A stretch of 33,786 bases of DNA from Octopus bimaculoides (lineage: Eukaryota), in assembly GCF_001194135.2 (NCBI RefSeq), contig NC_069003.1, positions 37,617,311 through 37,651,096 on the forward strand. The letters are read 5' to 3'. The stretch's first letter is position 1. Each line of letters begins with the position of its first letter. The translations under genes were made by a program, and so were the position numbers. Positions 23,631 through 33,786 of the stretch are shown piece after piece. Below the pieces are notes generated by a model. That model was not told where the DNA came from. It saw nothing but the letters and a program-made list of their open reading frames with translations, and made no database searches.

Positions 23631-23791
23631 TAGTAGCCTGGCTAGAAGGAGGTGTCGTTCGGCTCTAGGCCACGCTTGTATGGGGGTGACATTTTTGGCC
23701 CTGTTGTGTTAGACCATATAGGCTTGGGGGCCTGGGGAGGGCGGCAAACCGCAGGGCTTCCCTGGGCGCACACAGTCGAGCTACGCCACAG
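23631..23791. mobile_element. hAT-type MITE (161 bp)
   Basis: The ends tagtagcctggct and (rc) ctgtggcgtagct approximate CAGTGGCGTAGCT. Flanks ttttgtga / tttgatga match 6/8 as a TSD, and the interior is GC-rich. Confidence 0.6.
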
Positions 23792-24568
23792 TTTGATGAG
23801 TGACTATGTAGTTGAACTGAATGTGTAACTTTGAGCCAGCAGAAAGAGGAAATTCAGTCATTTCAGTTTCGCCTCTCTCCTATATATGTATGTAGTGGAT
23901 CATGCATGCTTGAAGTGGATTCAATCCACCATAGCCAAATTTAAATTAACACCGCAACAGAACTTTTCCCACGGAGGAACAATGGTTTTTCTCTGACAGC
24001 AGTTTTACATTTTCCAGATGTCTTTAGCTAGGCCGAAACAATGTCTTCACCACTCGACCCTTTCTAACCTCTTCTACTTCACCGAAAGCTAGAATAGAGA
24101 TAACAAGACCACCAACTGAATCTGTTGTTCTCAATGATATGTCTATCCTTCTGGATAGTTATAAAAGCAAGAAACCCCAAGCAAAAAGTTAGTTCAGTCA
24201 CCAGTTGGTGACGACTCAACGAGTCCAGTCACATGGTGACGACTCAGCGAGAATGAAGTCTGGCTGACCAGCTAGAACCTCGGTCAGAGGGAGAAATGAA
24301 GTTTACGGTCAGCAACTGTGAGACAACGTCCTACCCCCTACAACTCTCACTAGCTCTAATTCTCTTCTCTTACAACATCTCTCTATCTCTCTCTGTAATT
24401 ACTACTAAGCAAGGAAGAGAACACAAACCAAACATCGCATGCTTTTTGATTTATCATAACCTGCCCGTCGAGGTCTGGTATTTTTCAACGTAGCGGTAAA
24501 TATTTCCTTAAAACTTAATGCATTGTTCATCTTTTGCATCCTGCAACAAGTCGCTATAACAACAAATT

Positions 24569-24783
24569 TTTATCGCCACAACTGCTGACTCCGATATCAT
24601 CATAATATTGTTTATAAATCAATTTCTCCCATTACAACTGGTGCCCCTCGACTTCAACAATAAAACCTACCCGTTACAACTGGTGATCCCGAACAAGAGA
24701 ATTGCAGCCTTCTCAAAAACCACACTAATTATTATCGTTACAATTGGTGACCCTCGACATCAAATAAAAACTTTATCGTTACA
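24569..24783 (+). repeat. short array of (TTATC)GTTACA-NN-TGGTGACCCCGAC units resembling LTR end + tRNA-Trp PBS
   Basis: Four copies (about 24569, 24629, 24673, 24731) plus a partial fifth (24772). Confidence 0.7.
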
Positions 24784-24989
24784 TGTATACACTGTTTTGA
24801 ATACATGTCCCTAAGAGATGTTATCTCTAGATGAATATCGCAGTAAATTTGTCTTTCAACAATATATTTACCTTAAGTGATACATAGATGGCTATGTATG
24901 TATACAGAAAGAAATAGATTAGGTAGGTAGATGACAAAGAGGCTATAACCGAGTCCATATAAGTTCTAGGCATTTGAGTAATATATGTA

Positions 24990-25840
24990 AAACTGCAGCA
25001 AAAACGTGCATTCCTATAGTTTCATTCCATCCATAGCTACCGGTCATCTGTATACGACTTGGTGTTCGTATCTCTTGCTAACTGACCCTACATTTTTGTC
25101 TCCTTCCATGCTGTTTCTCTTTTTTTTTGTGTGTGTTCTTTTCCTCTTTTTCTTTCTTAACACAATTCGTATCCATGTTCATCAGTTTTTTCGTTTGCCA
25201 TTTTAGGATTCCAGCTCCATAGCGTAGTGATGCTATCGCCCTTGTATTAATTACTTCGATTTTACTCCATCCGGTCAATTTTGAGCGCAACACTAATCTT
25301 AGTCAACGGAAATATTCCATCCTCAGTTGCTCTTTCATTTGTTTCTCCATTACCTCGTTGAATTCAAGTATGTTAATGTATTTGTAGCCTTCTGTTTCAA
25401 TTTGTTTAATCAATTTTCTATTAGGTAATTCTATCCCTGCTTGGGACTGTGCCCTGCCTCCTTTCAAGTACACTATACCACACTTCTTGAGCCCGATTTC
25501 TATTCTAATATCAGCGCTAAAACAGTGGATCATGTTCACCAAAAAATTCACTTGTGCCTTACCCTTGCCATACAGCTTCAAATCATCCATGAAGTGGAGG
25601 TGGTTGATTGTTTGAGATTTTAGCTGATATCCCAGGTTCATTTTCCAAGTACCAAGGTCAGAGGGGTCATGCAAAGAACAAAATGCAATGGAAATAAGCT
25701 ATCACCTTGGAAAATTCCTCTTCTGATGCGCAGGGTGCCCAAACTTTTTCCGTAGGATGTCAATTCTACCATACTTCTCTTCAGCAGTCATGTTACATTT
25801 CTCGCAATTCCAAGCAGATCTAAGCACTCGATAATCCATA
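24990..25840 (-). mobile_element. R4/Dong-clade LINE RT fragment
   Basis: IRRGIFQGDSL, INHLHFMDDLKLY, IGLKKCG, YKY, MEYFR and LRSKLTGWSKIEVINTRAIASLRYGAGILKW. Confidence 0.88.
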
Positions 25841-25849
25841 AAATCCGTA

Positions 25850-25970
25850 TGTCCTGAGTTCAAATTCTGTCGAGGTCGGCTTCGCCTTTCATCCTTTCAG
25901 GGTCGATAAATTAAGTCCCAATGAAACACCGGGGTCGATGTAATCGACTAAGCCCCTCCCTCAAAATTTT
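25850..25970 (+). mobile_element. SINE family B, 5'-truncated
   Basis: ctgagttcaaattctgtcgaggtcg..ggggtcgatgtaatcgactaag. Confidence 0.8.
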
Positions 25971-26269
25971 AAAAGGATCACGTTTATTATTGTCGCTATA
26001 CACAGTGAAGTCACGATAACTTAGAGCTCCATAAGTCTTAAAAACATTTAGAATGTTTGCAGCCTGTTAAGGCCCCGTTCATTAATTTTAATTGGTACAG
26101 CCTTAACGTTGGCGTTGCCAGGACTACGCTAGTAGTATTTTTGATTAGTGAAACTCTCTATTTTGCATGTGGTACACATCAATATTTTTAACTATCTCGA
26201 AAAAACAAACTTCTTGATACTTTTCAAACATTTTAAAACATATCGGAAAAAGAATTCATAATAACGTTC

Positions 26270-26502
26270 TTATTTCTTTATTGCCCACAAGGGGCTAAAC
26301 ATAGAGGGAACAAACAAGGACAGACGAACGGATTAAGTCGATTACATCGACCCAGTGCATAACTGGTACTTAATGTATCGACTCCGAAAGGATGAAAGGT
26401 AAAGTCGACCTCGGCGGAATTTGAACTCAGAACGTAACGGCAGACGAAATACCGCTAAGCATTTCGCCCGGCGTGCTAACGATTCTGCCAGCTCGCCACC
26501 TT
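26270..26502 (-). mobile_element. full-length SINE family B with ~23-bp TSD
   Basis: aaaaagaattcataataacgttc at 26247-26269 and 26503-26525; intact A/B boxes. Confidence 0.92.
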
Positions 26503-26715
26503 AAAAAGAATTCATAATAACGTTCGATAACGGGACACGTTCCACATCCCCGTATACATGTGCATGCATACATACATACATATTTATAGTTGTCTTCGGA
26601 GAGTCCATATGACAGGAGAGCCCACCCAATATAAGTAATATAGTAAGTATTATTTGAATACAAAATTATAAATTAAGAACCATATTTTAACCAAGCAAAA
26701 TAAGAAGCAAAACCA

Positions 26716-26950
26716 GGGCGGCGGCGAGCTGGCAGAAACGCTAGCACGCCGGACGAAATGCTTGGCGATATTTCGTCTGTCTTTATGTTCTGAGTTCAAA
26801 TTCTGCCCAGGTTGACTTTGCCTTTCATCCTTTCTGGGTCGATAAATTAAATACCAGTTATGCACTGGGGTCGATGTAATCGACTTAACCCCTTTGTTTG
26901 TCCTTGTTTATCCCCTCTATGTTTAGTCCCTTGTGGGCAATAAAGAAATA
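26716..26950 (+). mobile_element. full-length SINE family B with ~18-bp TSD
   Basis: aaataagaagcaaaacca (26698-26715) versus aaataagaagcaagacca (26946-26963, overlapping the tail). Confidence 0.92.
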
Positions 26951-27175
26951 AGAAGCAAGACCAAATAATCGTCAGACATGAATGACCGGAACAACTTTAG
27001 CTCTTTTGCACTAAAGATGTAAATATCTATATTCAGACAGAAGGGCAAGGGTGAAAACGTAAACCACTAAGGGAAATAACCTAAAAGACCACTGGCATAA
27101 TTTTGGATAATTAGATTAAAATGTGATGCATTGAAAGACGTACATAAAATTTATTTTATTAAAATTTCTATTCTA

Positions 27176-28438
27176 TTAAGTTGTCAAGAAAGTTCTTGCG
27201 GAATTTTAAATTTTGGTTTCAAATGATGTATTTCCAAATTAATTTTCGTTAAATTGCTTAGACTTTATATATCATTTTAAAACCCGTTTTTCGCTCTATC
27301 TAATCGTATTATTCTTTTTCTTTCTGAATAATTAGACCATTTTTTTCGGAACGTTGAATACAACCTGGGCAAAAAGCAAATTCGCACAATTTTCTTATTC
27401 CAGTTCAAACTAGGCCGAAAAACTGCTGAAACAGCTCGCGATATTAACGGTGCGTTTGGCCCAGGAACCACTAATGAACGTACAGCACAATGGTGGTTCA
27501 AGAAATTTCGTAGCGGTGACGAGAGTCTTGAAGATGATAAGCGTAGTGGTCGGCCATCGGATGTTGACAACGATCAGCTAAGAGCCTTAGTGGAAGCCAA
27601 TCCACGCACAACTGCTGTAGAGCTTGTTTCTGAATTAGAAGTAACGTATACGACAATTTCCAACCACTTGAAAGAGATTGGAAAAACAAAAATACTTGAG
27701 AAATGGGTGTTGCATGAATTGAACGACAACCAAAAAAAAAAGGGGGGCGTTTTGAAGTGTCGTCTTCCCTTCTTTTACGCAACAAGAACGACCTGTTTCT
27801 CGACCGGATTGTGACTTGCGAGGAAAAGTGGATTCTTTATGTCAACCGGCAATGCTCAGCTCAGTGGTTGGATTCCGACGAAGCTCTACGGCACTTCCCG
27901 AAGCCAAAGTTGCACCAAAAGAAGGCCATGGTCTCATCCATCGCAGCTTTTTGGATCCAGGCGAAACCATTACGGCGGAGAAGTACTATCAGCAAATGGA
28001 TGAAATGCATAAGAAACTCCGACAACAGCCAGCATTGGTCTATAGAAAAGGACCAATTCTTCTCCACGACAACGCTCGGCCGCACGTCGCACAACTGACC
28101 CTGCAGAAGTTGAACGAATTGGGCAACGAAACTCTGCCTCATTCGCCACACTCACCAGACCTCTTGCGTATCGACTACCACTTTTTCAAGCATCTCGACA
28201 ACTTCCTGCCTGAGGAATGCTTCAAAAACCAAGACGATGCCAAACATGCCTTCAACGACTTCATCGCAACCAGAACGCAGGATTTTTACGCTACTGGCAT
28301 AAATAAACTTGTTTCGCGTTGGCAAAAGTGTGTTGATTCCGATGGTGTTTATTTCGATTAATAAAGTTTTGTTTGAGTCGAGATATGTGCATCTGAATTC
28401 AAAGGTTAAAAACCGCAAGAACTTTCTTGACAACCTAA
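27176..28438 (+). mobile_element. full-length (1263 bp) Hsmar1-like mariner, DD34D, transposase inactivated (about 27350-28361)
   Basis: 26-bp TIRs TTA(A/G)GTTGTCAAGAAAGTTCTTGCGG with TA on both sides. [32 protein letters not shown] (first D changed to E), [29 protein letters not shown]; several frameshifts. Confidence 0.97.
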
Positions 28439-28741
28439 TAACTAGAGAAAGAAAGTAAAACTGTAACTGAATTGTCAGCGACTCTCAATGAAAGTGAGAG
28501 ATAAACGCAAGAAATTAACTTATTCATGAAGTTAATTTTCATGTTTAATATAAGGACAGTCAAAATGGACATATTTCAGTCTACTAGTCCTCATTACTAT
28601 AATATAAATTAGCCAAGTCTTCCAAGAGAGTCTAGGAGAGGATTAGTATCAAAAACTAATATAAAATTATATCTTGAAAATCAATAGTTTATGATATGGC
28701 TGTATTTATGAAACTGCGAGGCAAGTAAAGAAATATATATA

Positions 28742-28911
28742 NNNNNNNNNNNNNNNNNNNNNNNNNNNNNNNNNNNNNNNNNNNNNNNNNNNNNNNNNNN
28801 NNNNNNNNNNNNNNNNNNNNNNNNNNNNNNNNNNNNNNNNNNNNNNNNNNNNNNNNNNNNNNNNNNNNNNNNNNNNNNNNNNNNNNNNNNNNNNNNNNNN
28901 NNNNNNNNNNN
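28742..28911. other. assembly gap (N)
   Basis: N run preceded by (TA)n. Confidence 1.
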
Positions 28912-29540
28912 GACGTACAGAGGCAAAGCTCGAGTATGTGTCGTCTAGGACAGCTCCAAAACTCGGAAGTTGAGTAACGTTTTCATGCTTGGATTTGTAA
29001 ACAAACGATAAGAATAACACTGGTCAACAAAGAATTTGTCTCAAGGAAAGAATACTTGTATCTCATACGTTTTTGCATGCAGAATTCAAAAATAATGTCA
29101 AATTATCTGTACTACCCTTGGTTTCTCTGTTCCACAAGATCCCTCTCGGTTCCTGTTACGTGGGCTAAATTTCAGTTAAGCTGTTGAAACGGTTTAAGCT
29201 AACGGTTTAAGAAATACTCCTAATTTAAATTTTTATGAACAGAATTAACCTAGTGAAATCATAAATCTAGCTATCTGAGTCAATGAGTCCTCAAAGATAT
29301 GAAATAAAAAATATGTAAAAATCCTAACACAGAAAAATACTAATACAGAAAAAGGCACTAAAATACACTAAAAGGCACTAAAGACACAAAAGCACAGAAA
29401 AATATGTAATATACTAACACACAGAAAAATTAAAACAAAACACGCGGTTGAAAAGAATCTTGTGATGTGAAGAATTAAGTGCGAAAAATCAACACTAACA
29501 ACAGCGGCACAGACACCAGTGAACCACAACACAGCGTGTG

Positions 29541-29588
29541 GTTGTCATGGTAACAAGCTGCCAATGTCACGATGTCTGTTGATTGGCT
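29541..29588. promoter_or_regulatory. RFX X-box (GTTGTCATGGTAAC) with adjacent CCAAT/ATTGG boxes
   Basis: X-box 29541-29554, CCAAT 29561-29565, TGATTGGCT 29580-29588 and a further ATTGG at 29657; motif match only. Confidence 0.45.
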
Positions 29589-30399
29589 AAAATTACCAAA
29601 ATTTTCCAACTTTAATGCCAAATAAGATCAGATTCTTTAATTTACGAGATAAAGTAATTGGCTGATCGTAGAGTTGCATCGATAGATCAAAATTGAAAGC
29701 AATCTGAGCAAAATTAAGCGGGGAGGGGTGCCTCATTTTCTGAATGAAAAAGACCAGATTCCAGTGTTTTGTGTGTGCGTGTGTCTGTGTGCGCGCGCAA
29801 TACAATATTAGCAACCGTCTCTATTAGCAACTGGGTTATTGTCACACTCAAGTCATGGGAAATGTTTGACACAGGCAACTTGCATTCCTCTCTTTCACAT
29901 ACACACTTTCTTTCCCAGTTTCACCTTCACTGTTCACACTTTTTCACTTTCTACCCTTTTTCTTCCTCTCTTTGTGTCTGAAATGTCAATTAGTCCCATA
30001 TGCACACCCATCTACCACACGGGTGCGTGCGTACACTCTCTCACACACATTCATGCATACAGACGTATTATATGGCAGTGTCTTTACTGTTTTTATACCC
30101 TAATTATCACCGTTCCCGCATCTGCCCATCTCTGTCTCTCCTCCCGGATGTCCATCTGTGTGTCTATTTATCTGTTCCTTTAGCTGTATGTCCGTGTGTC
30201 TGTCTTTTCTCGCCAGATAATCCGCCTTCCCCAATTTGTCTGCATGTCTCATCCTATGCTATCTCATTCGTCACAGAACTTGTTTCTTCTATTTACCCGT
30301 CTACCAGTCTGTCAGTTTATTTATACCCTCCTCCTCCTCCTTCTTCTAGACACACACACACACACACACACAGAGTGTCTGTCTGTGACTGGCGTCCCA

Positions 30400-32335
30400 T
30401 TGGGCCATCTGTGTACTTAGATACTTGATACCTAGATAGGTTTCGGCCACATTGGCCCAGGCCATAAGCTAACTTAATAGCACCACCTGGATAAGACATT
30501 TAGTAATGTATTTTTGTAGAGTTATTTTTAGGCACCATTGCCCATTCGATTAAAGAGTTGTTGTTTGCAGCAGTATATCCGGGTGGGGGTGGTTTATCTG
30601 GATTTTGTTGGAGATATTCATCCAGGAACTTTTTGAAGGTTATGAAATCTTTTTCCTCCTTTAAATGTTTTGGAATGATGTTAAAAAGAGCAGGTCCAGT
30701 TGAGGAGAAGTATTTCTGTCTTAGTGTTGTGATGTACCGAGAGCACGATTTTTGTAGAGGACGCATGGCACGGGGACTAAGCCTTCGGTGGATTTTAAAA
30801 GTGATACGGATATCATTTGGGCAATACTGTCGGAACAATTCCCACATCATTCAAATAATATAGCGCTCTCGGTGGTGCTGGAGAGAATACAGTTTGAGAT
30901 TTGCGAGTCGATCCCGGTAATTAAGACCAGATATGCCATCAATTTTTTTTTCTTTGTAATTGATCTCTGGGGTGTTTCAAGCTTTTTAATATTCTGGCTC
31001 ATGTAGGGAGACCATGGCGGGCAATAATATTCAAGGTGAGAACGGGTGAAGGTAGAAAAAAGAAGGATAATGGTTGGAGCATCTCTAGACTGGAAAGTCC
31101 TGAGAATCCGGGAGCACGCTCTGCGGACCATGTCGACTGTCTTGTTTATGTGGAAACTCCAAATTAAGTCATCGTCGACAGTCATACCGAGGTCCCTAGC
31201 AATGTTTGATGCCGCGAGGTGTTCGCCTGATGGAAGAATATATGGTTGTTTAAGTGCAACCTCTTTACCAAAGTAGATTAACTTGTTCTCGTTCAGTTGC
31301 ATGTTATGTTTCTGCGCCCATTGGATAACAGCAACAAGGTTCGATTGAAGATTTGTCCGGTCTCCCATCCTGTCGACAACCTTCAGAAGCTTAGAGTCAT
31401 CCGCGAAAACTTTTATATTACTGTATTTAATGACCCTGATGGTGTCATTTATGTAGATAAGGAACAGGAGTGGGCCTAACACAGTGCCTTGTGGGACTTT
31501 TGCTGTGCTTGATCGAACACCATTGATCACCACATGCTGCGCTCTGTTCACCAGAAAGGATTTAAATCACTTTAGAAACTTCCCTTGCACTCCAATGCCG
31601 GAGAGTTTTGTTTTTTTTTAACAAGATGTTGTGGTCAACCTTGTCAAAGGCCTCGCTGAAGTCAAGACATATGACATCTGCATTGGATCTCTTTAGGATA
31701 TCGTCGAAATGATGCAGGAGCTGGATAAGGTAGTCCCTGCTATTGCGGAACTTTCTAGGAAGTGACTCTAGATCGCACCACTCTCTCAAATAATTTGATG
31801 AGATGAGAGGTAAGAGAGATAGGTTGGTAATTCACTGCTTGGGACATGCTGCCCTTTTTGAAGACTGGAACGATCGACTGAGAAAGGAAACCATCAGGAA
31901 TATAGCCAGCGTCTAGGGATTTCCTCCAGAGAATGGTTAGGGGGGGGGGGATGCGAGGTGGTGACGGCATTCGTTCAGGACTTTAGCGGGGAATCTGTCA
32001 GGACCTGCAGCTGAATTGCTTGTAATTTTACTTCGAGCTGCTATGATATCTGGGAGACCGAATGATATATGACACAGGGTTTGATTCGTCAATGCTGTTC
32101 AGATTAATCATAACAGGATTGCTAAAAGCGGAGCAGTATTGCTTCTGCAGAATCTCGACCATGTCCTCTCTACCACTTTGCAGTGTGTTATTTTCATCAA
32201 TGAGAGGTCCAATAGATGAGACTACAACCTTATGCTTTTTAACGAATGAGAAGAACTCTTTCGGGTTGGCTTTTATTTTATCTTTGTGGTTTTCATTGAA
32301 AGAAATAATTGTTATTTCTTCCTGTCTGAATGTGT
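30400..32335 (-). mobile_element. CR1/L2-group LINE, 5'-truncated ORF2 pseudogene with 3' UTR
   Basis: AAGPDRFPAKVL, NYQPISLTSHLIKLFER, CLDFSEAFDKVDH, PQGTVLGPLLFLIYIND, FADDSKL and RSHLEYYCPPW; stop near 30500. Confidence 0.92.
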
Positions 32336-32619
32336 AGTAAAAGCAGCTGTTGTTATTGTTGTTGCGGTTGTTGTTGTTGTTGTTGTTTGTGGTGGTGGTG
32401 TTTAGCACCAGATCAGTCACGAGCCAGTAGATCTGTGATCAAAGATCTTCCAACCGCGAACATCCCCATCTTTTGCTTTCAAATGTCGTACATTTGGGGC
32501 TACATAATTCAAAGCGTCGTTTTTTTTCTTCTTTAAGTTTGCAGGGTGTGATTCAAGGGATATTTGGCTGTTATTTCTAAAAGGTAGAGGTGATCGTCTC
32601 CCACCCGGTACTCTCCATC

Positions 32620-32720
32620 TCCCTCCCTTCTCTTTCTTCCTTCCTTCTCCCTCTCTCTCTCTCTCTCTCTCTGGCTGCCTTATTCTCTCTACCCCACACT
32701 CTCTCCCCTCTTCTCATTCA
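32620..32720. repeat. (TC)n / pyrimidine-rich microsatellite; (TTG)n at about 32345-32400
   Basis: Direct reading. Confidence 0.85.
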
Positions 32721-33269
32721 CTGTTTGCCCTATTCTGGCTGGTCTCTGTCTCACGCTACTTGGACTATTTAGATAAAATGCGCAGTTGCAAGTTAACCAT
32801 ATTTTTCACATTTTTTGGTGTTATTTACTTCCATTTCGTTATTTGTTTTCGTCTTTTTTTTTTCAGTGTATTTCTTGTTGTCATCCTGATACTTTTTCTA
32901 GAGTTTGGATCTCATTACATTAAGCAGAAAATAACGACGATGATGTAATTATACACGTCAAACAAGGGTGGCGAGGGTTGGAGGAGATGGAGGAGTGGTC
33001 CTTTCCTGAAAACAGAACGAAGTAGGTTAGCAGCAAGAAGCAGATGACATTTACTCATTCCACCGAAAATTGTATTCGATAAATTAAAGTCTGCACCACA
33101 AGTTGGGGAGTGGGGTGAATTGGTAGAAGCCTTAAGCAATGCGTCAAAGTAGTAACCTTCAGTATATGTTCTGGAAATTTTTTTTCGAGTTCGACAAAAA
33201 ACTAGAGAAGTAGTTTGGTTGAATATTTTGTAAGCGTCGGACTCGTTACAGTTATTTTTACCGGCTTTT

Positions 33270-33350
33270 TGCATTCTGGTTTCAAACCCCGCTGAGGCCA
33301 ACTTTATCTTTTGTGCTTCCGGGGTTGATAAATGAAATACCAGTAAAGTG
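33270..33350 (+). mobile_element. heavily degraded SINE family B fragment
   Basis: ttcaaaccccgctgaggccaacttt..ccggggttgataaatgaaataccagt. Confidence 0.5.
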
Positions 33351-33604
33351 TATTAGTTTGGACGAAATGCATTGTGATTATTTATTCTGGCTATTTGCGC
33401 TCCGAGTTCAAATCCTGCCGTAATCTTCTTGGGTCACCCGGATTACCACTTGATACACCACTCGCTTCAACATCTCGCCATTTGAGTGCTTTAAGCAGAA
33501 GAGTCCACGCTGTTGTTCCCATTCAAACCACTAAATTGAGACCAATTCCGTCTCTAAGTCTCAAGGAGCATTGCTCTTCCCTCTTGACTAAGCTCTAACT
33601 TTTA

Positions 33605-33770
33605 TTCTTTACTAGTTTTAGTCAATCGATTGCGGCCATGCTGGTGCACCACCTTGAAGGATTCAGTCAGAAAAATCGAACCTGGTACTTATCTTTAAGT
33701 CTGATACTTATTTTATCGGTCTCTTTTTTCCAAACCGCTAAGTTAACTGGGAAAACAAACCAACACCAAA
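33605..33770 (-). mobile_element. SINE family A 3' part, reverse orientation
   Basis: tagtcaatcgattgcggccatgctggtgcaccacc..tacttattttatcggtctctttt..accgctaagtta. Confidence 0.7.
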
Positions 33771-33786
33771 CAGTTTATATATATAT

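Noticed and set aside
24569-24783. CRISPR-like reading of the short repeat array
   Set aside because: Eukaryotic context, degenerate repeats, very short, irregular and partly repeated spacers, and no cas genes.
29018-29767. CACTG-ended (CMC/EnSpm) MITE
   Set aside because: Only 6 bp of terminal identity and no TSD.
32915-33301. 128-aa minus-strand ORF
   Set aside because: No recognisable domain, and it overlaps degraded SINE-like sequence.

Overview
This is eukaryotic, repeat-dense animal DNA. The two tRNA-derived SINE families and the LINE types match my recollection of octopus/cephalopod repeats (inference). It has three N gaps next to (TA)n runs. Two spliced host genes can be reconstructed, and the ORF track shows neither intact. 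CCDC25 lies on the minus strand (first three coding micro-exons at 11577-11601, 8256-8303 and 6831-6870; the rest is left of the window). A complete 172-aa DTD2/ATD tRNA deacylase lies on the plus strand (16789-16924 + 18960-19342). The two genes are head-to-head, about 5.2 kb apart. Most of the remainder is decayed transposons: Helitron, maT-like, three mariners (one full-length and Hsmar1-like), hAT, a MITE, RTE, Tx1, CRE, R4/Dong and CR1 LINE pieces, and about 11 SINEs. The best unexplained signals are a micro-array of LTR-end + tRNA-Trp primer-binding-site junctions, a degenerate minimal hammerhead ribozyme, a 60-bp-arm palindrome, a young inverted SINE pair and an internally inverted RTE. 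I found no prokaryotic system or CRISPR, and I cannot claim a proven new system. All family assignments come from remembered motifs, not database searches.
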